DNA of 64,000 nucleotides from Mustelus asterias. Taxonomy: Eukaryota. The notes beneath the pieces are model-generated. The model saw only the letters and a list, made by a program, of their open reading frames with translations. It was not told the DNA's origin and did not search any database. The stretch lies in contig NW_027590874.1 in assembly GCF_964213995.1 (NCBI RefSeq), forward strand, positions 1 through 64,000, written 5' to 3'. Positions 1 to 11,172 of the stretch are shown one piece after another (the stretch's first letter is position 1; every line of letters starts with the position of its first letter). A program made the translations under genes and the position numbers.

Positions 1-61
1 GATTGAGTGCGGCAGGTTTAGGATTGGGAGTGGGTTCAGGAGTCGGGGGGGATTAGGCTCA

Positions 62-372
62 GTGGGGGTTGGGTCTGTCGGTGGGTGTGGGGTTCGGGTC
101 TGTCGGTGGGGGTGGGGTTCGGGTCTGTCGGTGGGGGTGGGGTTCGGGTCTGTCGGTGGGGGTGGGGTTCGGGTCTGTCGGTGGGGTTGGGTGTGGGGTT
201 CGGGTCTGTCGGTGGGGGCTGGGTCTGTCGGTGGGGGTGGGGTTTGGGTCTGTCGGTGGGGGTGGGGTTTGGGTCTGTCGGTGGGGGTGGGGTTTGGGTC
301 TGTCGGTGGGGGTGGGGTTTGGGTCTGTCGGTGGGGGTGGGGTTTGGGTCTGTCGGTGGGGGTGGGGTTTGG
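62..372 (+). repeat. G-rich minisatellite, 25-bp unit GGGTCTGTCGGTGGGGGTGGGGTT(C/T)
   Basis: About 12 near-perfect tandem copies visible; the Gly/Val/Trp-rich ORFs here are artefacts of the repeat. Confidence 0.95.
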
Positions 373-531
373 GGACAGGAGTTCAGGAGCTGGGGAGGGG
401 CCCCTATGGATAGGGCTGGGATTTGGGGGGAGGGGGGGTGAAATCCTGGTGGGACTGGAGGGTCTCAGAGGAATTGGTCAGGGCGGGTCTGAGAGGGGGG
501 GACAGCTCGGGGGGGGAACAAGCGGGGGGGG

Positions 532-1787
532 NNNNNNNNNNNNNNNNNNNNNNNNNNNNNNNNNNNNNNNNNNNNNNNNNNNNNNNNNNNNNNNNNNNNN
601 NNNNNNNNNNNNNNNNNNNNNNNNNNNNNNNNNNNNNNNNNNNNNNNNNNNNNNNNNNNNNNNNNNNNNNNNNNNNNNNNNNNNNNNNNNNNNNNNNNNN
701 NNNNNNNNNNNNNNNNNNNNNNNNNNNNNNNNNNNNNNNNNNNNNNNNNNNNNNNNNNNNNNNNNNNNNNNNNNNNNNNNNNNNNNNNNNNNNNNNNNNN
801 NNNNNNNNNNNNNNNNNNNNNNNNNNNNNNNNNNNNNNNNNNNNNNNNNNNNNNNNNNNNNNNNNNNNNNNNNNNNNNNNNNNNNNNNNNNNNNNNNNNN
901 NNNNNNNNNNNNNNNNNNNNNNNNNNNNNNNNNNNNNNNNNNNNNNNNNNNNNNNNNNNNNNNNNNNNNNNNNNNNNNNNNNNNNNNNNNNNNNNNNNNN
1001 NNNNNNNNNNNNNNNNNNNNNNNNNNNNNNNNNNNNNNNNNNNNNNNNNNNNNNNNNNNNNNNNNNNNNNNNNNNNNNNNNNNNNNNNNNNNNNNNNNNN
1101 NNNNNNNNNNNNNNNNNNNNNNNNNNNNNNNNNNNNNNNNNNNNNNNNNNNNNNNNNNNNNNNNNNNNNNNNNNNNNNNNNNNNNNNNNNNNNNNNNNNN
1201 NNNNNNNNNNNNNNNNNNNNNNNNNNNNNNNNNNNNNNNNNNNNNNNNNNNNNNNNNNNNNNNNNNNNNNNNNNNNNNNNNNNNNNNNNNNNNNNNNNNN
1301 NNNNNNNNNNNNNNNNNNNNNNNNNNNNNNNNNNNNNNNNNNNNNNNNNNNNNNNNNNNNNNNGGCAGTCGGGGGGCGGGCAGTCGGGGGGGGGGCAGTC
1401 GGGGGGGGGGCAGTCGGGGGGGGGGCAGTCGGGGGGGGGGGCAGTCGGGGGGGGGGCAGTCGGGGGGCGGGCAGTCGGGGGGCGGGCGGGCGGGCNNNNN
1501 NNNNNNNNNNNNNNNNNNNNNNNNNNNNNNNNNNNNNNNNNNNNNNNNNNNNNNNNNNNNNNNNNNNNNNNNNNNNNNNNNNNNNNNNNNNNNNNNNNNN
1601 NNNNNNNNNNNNNNNNNNNNNNNNNNNNNNNNNNNNNNNNNNNNNNNNNNNNNNNNNNNNNNNNNNNNNNNNNNNNNNNNNNNNNNNNNNNNNNNNNNNN
1701 NNNNNNNNNNNNNNNNNNNNNNNNNNNNNNNNNNNNNNNNNNNNNNNNNNNNNNNNNNNNNNNNNNNNNNNNNNNNNNNNNNNNNNN
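532..1787. other. Assembly gaps (N runs 532-1363 and 1496-1787; further gaps at 36837-36967 and 49171-49421)
   Basis: Runs of n in the sequence. Confidence 1.
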
Positions 1788-1900
1788 AGTCGGGGGGGGG
1801 CAGTCGGGGGGGGGGCAGTCGGGGGGGGGGCAGTCGGGGGGGGGGCAGTCGGGGGGGCGGGCAGTCGGGGGGCGGGCAGTCGGGGGGCGGGCAGTCGGGG
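1364..1900 (+). repeat. G-rich 15-16 bp tandem repeat (GCAGTC followed by a G run)
   Basis: Repeated GGCAGTCGGGGGG(C)GG units on both sides of the second gap. Confidence 0.9.
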
Positions 1901-3064
1901 TGTCTGAATGTGTGTGTGTGGTTAATGATTCACCAGAGATCAGAGCTGCAACATAAAGCGTTTAAACTGTTTTTTAAACAGAAGCACTGGCTGGGGGAGG
2001 GGAGGGAGAGAATGAGAGTGAAGTTTCTGTCTGATAAATGCTGTAAGTGTGTCTTTAACCAGCAGCTCTGCAGAGAGACAGATGCAGGATTTTAAACTCT
2101 CTGGGAGCTGCACGCAGGGACTCACACACACACACACACACACAGATAGACATCAGCTCCTGTTTCACACCAACAACCAGGCTGGAGTCGATGCAGCTAA
2201 TTTCCATCCAGAAATGTACTTGATGCATGAAGTCAGTGAGGGCTCCATTCCCATGACTTCCCATTCAGTCCAATCCAGCTCAGTTTGTTGGAATGCAGTG
2301 TGGGAGCCTCTGAGGGAGTTCACACACTGAGTTAGATTCACAATCTTCATTTCCTATCAAACACTCTCCAGTGTGTTTGAGTTGCACAGATCAGATTGAG
2401 CTGGGCACAGACAAGACCACAGCAGATCAGCCAGAGTGACCCCCCCCCCCCCCCCCCCCATTCCTGGATCTACTGGTTACTGTTTTAACCAGGGTCTGGA
2501 GCAGGTCCAGGAGAACATCCCCCCACTCACCCACCCCCTCTTGTTCCCCCCCCCGCTTGTTCCCCCCATAATTTCTGAGTAAATTACGTTTCCGCTGATA
2601 TGAATTTCCGCTTGAATATTAGAACAGAAATGTCAACACATTTCAAATACAATTAACATGAAGATACATACGGGGATAAATAAAGTGCTTGCGTACATAG
2701 ACGGAATTAACTAATCTATGCGTCTATCTATCCAAAGAACAAATCTACTTATTATAGATCTTTCTATCTTTCTTTTTTTCCATGTTTAGCCATCTTTCTG
2801 TTGCATTTCTATCCGCTGAGGTGTCTGAGAAGCAGTTATTTTTCCTGTTTGTTTCTTTACTCAGTGTGTGTGGAACAACGAAACAAGAGAGTTTACTTAA
2901 TATGTTTCCACACACTGCATCTGTACTGACAGTTATCGGATATTGCAACTCTATCCAGATGGAAGGTTAAAAATGGAAAATCGATACTTCTAATATCAGC
3001 GGCATTGCTAAAGGCACCAGTTTTGGGTAAATTTAAACGTGCAGCGGAGGCAGGGCAGTGAGCA

Positions 3065-3103
3065 GGATAGTGTTCACCCGGATCCGCTCTGTGTCTCACT
3101 GTG
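3065..3103 (-). other. 23-RSS of V1
   Basis: CACAGTG (3103-3097), 23-bp spacer, divergent nonamer ACACTATCC (6/9 match to ACAAAAACC). Confidence 0.75.
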
Positions 3104-3528
3104 TCTGCTTCACGCACAGATACATTCCGGAGTCCTGGACCGAGGTGTCATCAATACAGATAGTTTTTGAACTCTTTACTCGGTCAAAGGACAGTGTGTA
3201 ACGTCCTTCGGTCGCACTTCCATCGTAAATGGAGGCGATCAGTGTCGGAGCCCATGTCAGTGTTTGTCTGAACCAGAGAACGGTAACGTCTGTAGCAACG
3301 GAGAGCCGACAATTCAGTTCAAACCGTTCCCTTTCCCGAGACACCATCTGCTCAGGGTGGGAGCTCTGAAACTCACACTGAACGGCTGTGAACAGAAGAA
3401 AATCACTCACAAACCGCATGATGTGAAGAGAGTGTTGAAATAATGAATAATAGAAACATAAACCCACACAATATCAACAGCATCAGAGTCCCAACTGGAA
3501 AGCGGTTTTTGCGGGTGTTCTTCTCCAT
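3104..3528 (-). CDS. TCR alpha/delta-like V segment V1 (leader exon 3528-3468, intron 3467-3386, V exon 3385-3104)
   Basis: Leader MEKNTRKNRFPVGTLMLLIL with phase-1 donor T|gtgggt and acceptor ttcttctgttcacag. V domain ...ELNC...WFRQ...DSGMYLCVKQT has both canonical Cys and the Trp; RSS follows directly. Confidence 0.85.
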
Positions 3529-3686
3529 GTTGATGAAGATGCACAGGAGGATCAGTCCGGGTCTCATTTCTAGACTGGGACTTGCTGCCGAGGCCTCGAC
3601 TCTGAGTGGTGGGGAGGGGAAGGAGAGGCGGGAGCTTTACACTCTGATGAGCCACCGTGTCACCACTATTATGGGATGTCGGTCTC

Positions 3687-3718
3687 TGACGTCACTTGCG
3701 GTGCCACTGAGTGATTGG
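3687..3718 (-). promoter_or_regulatory. V1 promoter: CRE/TCR-V decamer plus CCAAT box
   Basis: TGACGTCA at 3687-3694 (minus-strand AGTGACGTCA) and ATTGG at 3714-3718, about 160-190 bp upstream of the V1 ATG. Confidence 0.6.
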
Positions 3719-4580
3719 CTGTTTCTCGAACCAGAGACCACTTGAACCGTCACTGCCCCCGACCCCCTCTGCTTCCGGTGTGTAACAACAGAGTAAATTG
3801 TTTCATAACTGCGGTGCTCTGGTGTCTTTCTAAATGAAAAGAGCCGTTCATAATCTTAGAATCGTAGACAGTTGTAGCACTAACAGAGACCATTCGGCCC
3901 ATTGCTCACGTACTGTCCCTGTTGATGGGTTACCCACTTATTCTTTATCTGCAGCTTGCATTCGATGTATCTTATATTCTTAAAATTTCCGTTTGCTGGT
4001 CAAATATTTATCCACTTGTCTCCGCAACTTACTTATAGATTCTGTCCCCATTACAGTTTGGCACGAACCATCTAGCAGCCGACTGCACAGAACACAAAAG
4101 TCTCCTCCCTCCGTTTAATAAAGATCACCAGAAATGCCGCTCTCCAGTCACGCACTGAGAGGCCAGCCGGGTTATCTCTGTTCCTTTTCAATCTTTTCCA
4201 ACCTGTCTTGATTGGGGACAAGTCTGCCAACCACTTCTGGACAGAATTGCAGCTCCATTGAAAATGTCCCCAATTGCTCAAGTCTCCGCTGAGCATTGTG
4301 CTCTCTCTCTCTCATCCCCACTTCATCTTTCCCAGTCTGTCTTACACATTGTGTCTGAGATTAACGCTACACGGATCCAAGTGTTTGAACTGTGTCCTCA
4401 ACAATGATGTGTATAAGGCTTACACATGTCCCCTTGTGTTCTGAAATCTGCGTCCTTGTTAATAGTGAGGGAGTTAGTGTTGGTAATGCCATTGTTAATA
4501 GTGAGGGAGTTAGTGTTGGTAATGCCATTGAATGTCAAGGGGCAATGGTTAAATCCTCTCATTTGAAGATGGTTACTGCA

Positions 4581-4897
4581 TGGGGCGACACGGTGGCGCA
4601 GTGGTTCGCACTGCTGCCTCACAGCGCCAGGGACCCGGGTTCAATTCCGGTCTCGGGTCGCAGTCTGTGTGGAGTTTGCACGTTCTCCCCTGTCTGTGTG
4701 GGTTTCCTTTGGCTGCTCCGGTTCCCTCTCATAGTATAAAAGTGTGCGGGTTAGGGTGATTGGCCGTGCTAAATTGCCCGTACGTATCAGGCGGTTTAGC
4801 ACGATAAATATGTGGGGAGATGGAAGTAGGGCCTTTGTGGGCTTGTTGTCGGTGCCGACTCGATGGGCCAAATGGCCTCCATCTGCGCTGCAGGATT
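4581..4897 (+). mobile_element. HE1/V-SINE-type tRNA-derived SINE inserted in an older LINE fragment
   Basis: GGGGCGACACGGTGGCGCAGTGGTT head, GGTTCAATTCC B-box, V-SINE core TGTGTGGAGTTTGCACGTTCTCCC. Absent from the paralogous flank of V6. Confidence 0.9.
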
Positions 4898-5255
4898 CGA
4901 TGAACGCATGTGGCGTGAATGTTGCTTGTCAGGCCAAGCCTGAATATTTTCCAGATTTTGCTGTATTTGGACACAGACCAATTATCTGATTTGAAACAAT
5001 AGATTTTCAGCATAAAATTAACAACAATGCGGAAGATTTCCTCAACATAAAGCCCACACTCACTGAGTGACTGTTTCCTTCATCGGATAAGTTATGCTCT
5101 GACTGTCAATAAATCTGAGCAAAGCCGCTGGCAGATATTGGGGAATTACAAAGCCCCGGGCGACCCCGCTCGCATGCTCCATTTCCTGCTCTCTGACATA
5201 TCTTGCCTCAGTCTGCTGTTTGTTTGATCGTTGCAGCAAATGTACACAGGCGTGA

Positions 5256-5294
5256 GGTTTTTGTACGGTGACTCCCGTCTTTCCTCTCAGTGTG
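5256..5294 (-). other. 23-RSS of V2
   Basis: CACACTG + 23 bp + perfect nonamer ACAAAAACC. Confidence 0.95.
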
Positions 5295-5711
5295 GGCTCT
5301 ATCGCACAGTAATACAGAGCGGTATCCGCGCTCCCACTGTTTTCAATAATCAACTGGCCCCATTTGCCCGCAGTGGAAAGTTCCAATTCGAATCGCTCCT
5401 TTCTCTCTTTGCCATCCGAGAATCCGCTTATTATCCACTTCAGACCCTGACCGGGTTTTTGCCTGTACCAATCCATTCTGTAAAAGCTGGAAATGTCATA
5501 ACTGCAGTTTATCTGCACCGAATCCCCGCTCTGGACTGTTCTCGCTGTGGGAGTTTGTGAAACTTGGTCCGAGCGACACCGATCTGTAAAAACATTCAGA
5601 CAATGAGGCACTGGAACAAAATGAATATCAGTAAACAGTCTCTATAGGTTACATAGTAAATTTCCTGCGCTTACAAATTGGTAGAACCATAATGACAAGG
5701 CACAGATACAT
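5295..5711 (-). CDS. TCR alpha/delta-like V segment V2 (leader exon 5711-5675, intron 5674-5584, V exon 5583-5295)
   Basis: Leader MYLCLVIMVLPI|gtaag; acceptor tttttacag. Open V exon DQVSQTP...INCSY...WYRQKPG...DTALYYCAIEP. Confidence 0.95.
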
Positions 5712-5882
5712 TTGCACCGTGTGAGACAGTAACAATGTCAATAGGAAAACGGAGCACAGCTCACAGCAGAAGAGCGCGAAGTGAATCAGCAACTTCAGTA
5801 TTCCCCGAATGTAAGATGCACCAGATAACGTTTCAGACACTCGGGTTCTCTGCAATCTGATGGGCTGGAATCAGACTATGCT

Positions 5883-5904
5883 CTTCCGGTGTAAGGATGT
5901 GGTT
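5883..5904 (+). promoter_or_regulatory. ETS site plus ETS:RUNX composite upstream of V2
   Basis: CTTCCGG followed by AAGGATGTGGTT; conserved upstream of the paralogue V6. Confidence 0.6.
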
Positions 5905-6371
5905 TTTTGATCCGCTGCTGCTTCTCTTTCCGATCATGTGTGAACAAATCAATTTTCTATAAACCAGGGCCCTACTTTACTACAGTTACTTTAATTGATA
6001 AAAGTGTTCACTGCTTAATTGTTCAACAATGAAGTCGTTGATTTCAATTTGAGGTAATTATTCATGTGAATTCTACCCAAGTGCAGTTCAAATGATCGTT
6101 TCAAATACAAGAAGCTCCTCCCGCTGCTCAGGCCTGGCTCCGTTATCCTCGGAAACTCTGCCTCGGGATTTCAATTGAAGCATCAACCATTTAGTTGATG
6201 GCCTGTACCGTTCTGGTTATGTTTTATTCTAGCTCAACATCCTCACCCTGACAAGAGGAATATCCTGATTTTATTTAATATCCAAACATTTATTTAATAT
6301 TCTGAATTGAACTTATCTGAAATACACAACATTGAATTGCAAACACGACTGACCAACAAAAGAAATCGAGT

Positions 6372-6720
6372 TAAAAACAAAATACTGCGGAGGCTGCAAT
6401 CTGAAACAAAAACAGAAAATCTCAGAAGGTCGGAGAGCATCTGTGGGAAGAGAACAGAGCAACATTTTCCAGTCTAGATGATCCTTCCTCAGAACGTACA
6501 TCCTCCTCTCAGTCCCTGAAACTGTTTTTTTTCCGCGTGAAGTCATTGTCCAATCCAAATTTGAAGAAGGAGTTTCTGTGGAATCCGTGCACAGTTTGTC
6601 TTCGTCAACAACATTTATCTGACGAAGGGTCATCTAGTAGACTCGAAACGTTGGCTCTACTTTCTCCCCACAAATGCTGTCAGACCGGCTGAGGTTTTCC
6701 AGCAGTTTCTGCGTTTGTGT
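6372..6720. mobile_element. Inverted pair of Penelope-like element termini with a hammerhead-like motif
   Basis: About 6372-6493 and 6618-6720 are diverged reverse complements. The plus copy has CTGACGA-A-GGGTC..GACTC-GAAA-CGTTG. Confidence 0.6.
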
Positions 6721-8177
6721 GTGAAAAGAAATCGAATCATTGGGTAACCCAGATCCCATGGTGTTTATCTGACCACAGGCAGCTTCTAAACAAAATCAAA
6801 TATTTTTACATGGAAGATATTTAAGAAAGATCGACCAATCACACTTGATCCCTCTTTATTCTGGATGTGAAACATTCTGCCCCCTAAACCTCGTTCATCA
6901 ACACAAAATCCAAGTAGATCGGCACTGAGTCTCGATTTCCTCATCAGCCTGAGCGGTTTTTTCTCTTTGTCTATTATGATGAAAGATTTGAAAAGATGGT
7001 ACTGTGCAGTGCGCGCCATTTCCTCCAGTTCAGTTGCAGCATCACTTGTGTCTGTCTTTATGCGCACACAATACTATTAAACATGTTTCATACGGTGATT
7101 AACTATCCTAGTCTGCATCTGTAAACCCATTCAATTCTGTTGTACACTGAACGAATTGCGAATATGTGCACGGTGTCAAATTAGGAACATTTAATTCCTC
7201 ATTATGTCTTAAAAGGCAGCATTTCCGAATTTGCTGAAAGCATTTGAGGCCGAGGTCACGGCAAATATAATGTGGCTTAACATCGAGTTTCTGATAATGT
7301 TCAGGAACAAACTTAAATCCTGCAAACATCGCTTACCCTCACTGTGAAAGGTTTATACTTCCAATTGGTTGCAAACCAGTGACTTTTCGCGTATAAGGCG
7401 AGCGTGATGGCCAATACACTGCAGAAATGATTATCCACTATAAAACCTCAAGAGACTGTCTTGAAATGTTACAACTGTGCCGTCATTCAGTCACACTTTG
7501 GGTGCTTCCTTCGAAGAATTCGGCTGCTGTCACGAGGAATAAATGCTGTAGACAACCTGGTCTCAGTGACCAGGAGAGAAAACAATTCTGCACAGAGGGG
7601 CCTGAGAGCTGAACCCAGGCAGAGTGGAGGGAGGGAGAAAACTGAGAGTGGAGAAAAGAATTGGTGGAGAGGGTGAGATGGGTTTGGATTTCAGCCCAGG
7701 GACGGGGTAGAGTGTGTGAGATGGGGATTTACAGATTTGGGGCAAACGAGAGGAAAAAATGTTCCAAAAAAAAACTAGAATTATCTGTTCAGAATTTCTA
7801 TCCTGGACCGACCGTGATTAATTTTGTAAACTCTTTTTCCAGGTATTAACAATGGAAAGATTTGTAGATGCAAAACTCAAAACAAACATTTTGGTTTGAG
7901 TCACTCGATCATTCGTCAATCTGTGAATGTGGAAGGAGAAATGTTTATCTCTTGAAGATTTTAAACATCAGTGCAACTGGAAAAACACCGAGACACACAC
8001 ACACACACTCGAGTGAGAGTGTTCCAGTGAACTGACTGTGGAAAGAGCTTTAACCAGTGACACAACCTGAGAAAACATCACACCATTCACAGCGGGGAGA
8101 AACTGTACACGTGTTATCTGCAAGGACGAGGTTTCAACTGATCATCTAACCTGGAGAGACACAAGGACACTGGCACC

Positions 8178-8978
8178 ATGGAGAAACCTTGGAAATTTGG
8201 GGACTGTGGTAAAAGATTCAAGTCTTTATTCCGACTGGAAATCCATCAACGCAGTCACACCGGGGAGAAGCCATTCGTCTGTTCTGTGTGTGGGAAGGGA
8301 TTTACCAAGACAACATACCTGATGTTACACCAGAGAATTCACACTGAGGAGAGGCCCTTCAGCTGCACTCACTGTGGGAAGAGGTTCAACAGCACATCCA
8401 GCCTCGCGACACACCAGCGGATTCACACTGGGGAGAAGCCGTTCACCTGCTCTGTGTGCGGTGAGAGATTCACTCGGTCATCCGGCCTTTGGACACATCA
8501 GCGAATTCACACTGAGGAGAAACCGTTCAGCTGCACTTCTCGTGGAAAGAGTTTCGGGCAGTCATCCACCCTGACTGCTCACCAACGCACTCACACCGGG
8601 GAGAGACCGTTCACCTGCTCCGTGTGTGGGAAGAAATTCTCCCAGTCATTCGATCTGGTGAGACACCAGCGACTTCACACCGGGGACAGACCATTCACCT
8701 GCTCGGTGTGTGGGAAGGGATTCGCTCTGTTATTCACCCTCCAGTCCCACCACCGCACTCACACTCAGGAGAATCCATTCAGCTGCAGTACCTGTGGAAA
8801 GAGTTTCAAGCAGTCATCCAACCTTCTGACTCACCGACGCACTCACTCTGGGGAGAGGCCTTTCACCTGCTCCTTGTGTGGAAAGGCATTCACAAGGTCC
8901 TCCAGCCTGCTGAGACACCAGCAAATTCATCATAGACTGCAAGGATTGGATTCTGCTTTTAACCACAGCCAGGATTGA
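8178..8978 (+). CDS. C2H2 (Kruppel-type) zinc-finger protein, 9 fingers of which 7 are intact
   Basis: Repeated C-x2-C-x12-H-x3-H with TGEKP/TGERP linkers. Fingers 1 (C>F) and 5 (C>R) are degenerate. Probable acceptor tttttccag near 7842; decayed fingers with stops lie upstream of the ATG. Confidence 0.9.
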   Translation: MEKPWKFGDCGKRFKSLFRLEIHQRSHTGEKPFVCSVCGKGFTKTTYLMLHQRIHTEERPFSCTHCGKRFNSTSSLATHQRIHTGEKPFTCSVCGERFTRSSGLWTHQRIHTEEKPFSCTSRGKSFGQSSTLTAHQRTHTGERPFTCSVCGKKFSQSFDLVRHQRLHTGDRPFTCSVCGKGFALLFTLQSHHRTHTQENPFSCSTCGKSFKQSSNLLTHRRTHSGERPFTCSLCGKAFTRSSSLLRHQQIHHRLQGLDSAFNHSQD

Positions 8979-9150
8979 TAGTCTGACAATATTGGTTCGA
9001 TTTTGCTGATATTAACATCCCTATAAGTAGCTGGAGTTTAATATTCTGGAGATGTCTCTGACTTTCGGAGCTGCAGTGTCCCTTTTTAAAAACACCTTGT
9101 GATCTTTCCCCTAAATTCAAGAATCCTTAACAAGAACCTGTTCAACATAA

Positions 9151-9496
9151 AATCATAGAAGTCATAGAAACCCTACAGTGCAGAAGGAGGCCATTCGGCC
9201 CATCGAGTCTGCACTGACCACAATCCCACCCAGGCCCTACCTCCACATATTTTACCCACTAATCCCTCTAACCTACGCATCCCAGAACTCTAAGAAGCAA
9301 TTTTTTTAACCTGGCCAATTAACCTAACCCGCACATCTTTGGACTGTGGGAGGAAACCGGAGCACCCGGAGGAAACCCACGCAGACACGAGGAGAATGTG
9401 CAAACTCCACACTGACAGTGACCCGAACCGGGAATCGAACCCAGGACCCTGGAGCTGTGAAGCAGCAGTGCTAACCACCGTGCTACCGTGCCGCCC
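9151..9496 (-). mobile_element. HE1/V-SINE-type SINE, full length
   Basis: Reverse complement of the GGGCGGCACGGTAGCA head, with V-SINE core and TTCTATGA tail. Confidence 0.9.
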
Positions 9497-10120
9497 ACTT
9501 TGCTTCAATCCTAAATTAATCTTCGATGCAAATCAGTGTGAGAGAGGTTCCACTGATTAACATCTCCAATTAGAAAGTCCTGATTAATCCTTGCTGACAA
9601 TTCTGGCTGACGTCTTCACAGTGACACGTCCATTATGAAATTAAATATGAATTAACATAAACAAAATAGTGAAATATTATACAGGCACAGTTAAATCTCA
9701 CATAAAATCCTTAACAATCAATATTGAAGTTGATGAAACTTGGAGGTCTCTGAGTTCACTCATTTCTGACACAGCAGCAGCAGTTTCACGATCTTGCGAT
9801 TAAAGTAATACAATATCACCATCTGCTGGCGACGTGTACTTACGGCAGGCGCTGGCATCTGTGAGTCTCGGGGAAGTTCAGTCACTGGATGGTTGGAACT
9901 GGCATCCGGTTGATGAAGTGCCAATATTGAATAACATTGTTCATTCCCTGTTGCAAACTTTCATTCCTAACATTGGAATGAAAGTTTGCAACAGGTTCTT
10001 GGGTGGCGCGTTCGCCCATTTATCACCAGGCACCGTGTAAGAATTTTGTTCCCCATTCCCCATGGGAGATATTGTCTGGAGTTGCAGTTCGGGATTATTG
10101 TGTGCATTAGTATTTAAAAT

Positions 10121-10276
10121 AAATATTTATTGAAGATATATAGCACTGGAGATACGTTTCAGGATCTACCGGACAGATTTTCTTGCTGTTTTGCGCAAAG
10201 GAAAGAAAACTGTTCTTTTTAATATTGCCGGGATGCTTCTCCCTGACACCGCCGTGTATCCCTGTGCCACGGAGCC
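10121..10276 (+). pseudogene. Decayed V remnant V3 (3' half; V7 family)
   Basis: KYLLKIYSTGDTFQDLPDRFS, then a +1 frameshift, then AVLRKGKKTVLFNIAGMLLPDTAVYPCATE. Aligns with V7 RYLLKKY...PDFPDRFSAELDKDKRTVPLTITG...DSAVSHCALS. Confidence 0.85.
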
Positions 10277-10316
10277 CACACTGCTGCAGAGATAGAGCGG
10301 ATCCCGGACAACAACC
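10277..10316 (+). other. RSS of pseudo-V3 (24-bp spacer)
   Basis: CACACTG + 24 bp + ACAACAACC. Confidence 0.7.
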
Positions 10317-10342
10317 CCACACATGGGAGTTCCAGTTAGGTA

Positions 10343-10356
10343 CCACCAGAGGGCGC
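10343..10356 (+). promoter_or_regulatory. CTCF motif just 3' of the V3 RSS
   Basis: CCACCAGAGGGCGC matches the CTCF core consensus. Confidence 0.7.
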
Positions 10357-11172
10357 ACTTACGCTGCTAAACAGAACCAATAATTCACTCTCCATGTGAG
10401 TCACAGGGACCTTCCCAAGATATCAGAGAAAAAACACAACCTCAACAAGAGGTGAGCAACATTTGAGGAGTTATATTAGTTTATTTTAACTTGCATTTGT
10501 GCTATCGCCGATCTTCTTAAATCTATTCCATTTTGTTAGTTTAGTTGTTGCCCTTGGATGCAGTTTCCCTGTCTCTAATATTGAGCAACTCGATCCCCAT
10601 CTCCCCTGAGAGGTTTCTGAAGTCTATCACCGCGGCCTGGTCACTGGGTTTATTTGATCCGAGAGATGTGCTGCTTCCGAGAAAGTGTAGACACAATGAA
10701 GAAATTTCACAATGAAGTGACTGTGATCTTTTAAATAGACATTGAGCACAGAATTCCCCCAATGACCAGTGAACTTCAGGATGTTTCCGTAATGATGTTT
10801 TGTTACTATGAGCAACCCAGAATTTGCAGCTGCTAATTAACAGAGCAGGGTTTCATCCCCGCAACCCCATCCGGAAAAGTGCACCCGTTCCCCTATCGAG
10901 GTGCTGAAATCAGCTCGGCTCGAGGGATTTCCTTTCGATATCAGCCAGCTCACCACTGAGAGATCTCACAGACTCATAGAGACACAATGATTGAAGTGGC
11001 AGGATACCGGAAACACTTGGGCTGATCCCAGGTTAATGAGGATTCTTGCGTAACTGACGGTCACATCATGGCTGCATCTGCCCGCGCTTCTGAGCAACCC
11101 GCAGCAGACAGGACTTTCAACCTATAGTTAAAGGCAGTTTTTTCAGCAGTCAGACTGCTTTCCATCACTGTG

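Noticed and set aside
62-2095. 677-aa Gly-rich ORF, or a class-switch-like G-rich region
   Set aside because: The ORF is a product of tandem repeats and N gaps. The repeat units lack AGCT motifs, and the G-rich strand would be the template for leftward V transcription.
4581-4660. tRNA genes at A/B-box sequences
   Set aside because: All run on into the V-SINE core; they are SINE heads.
5710-5718. Ig octamer-like ATTTGCAC at V2 and V6
   Set aside because: It has one mismatch and overlaps the start codon rather than lying upstream of the transcription start.
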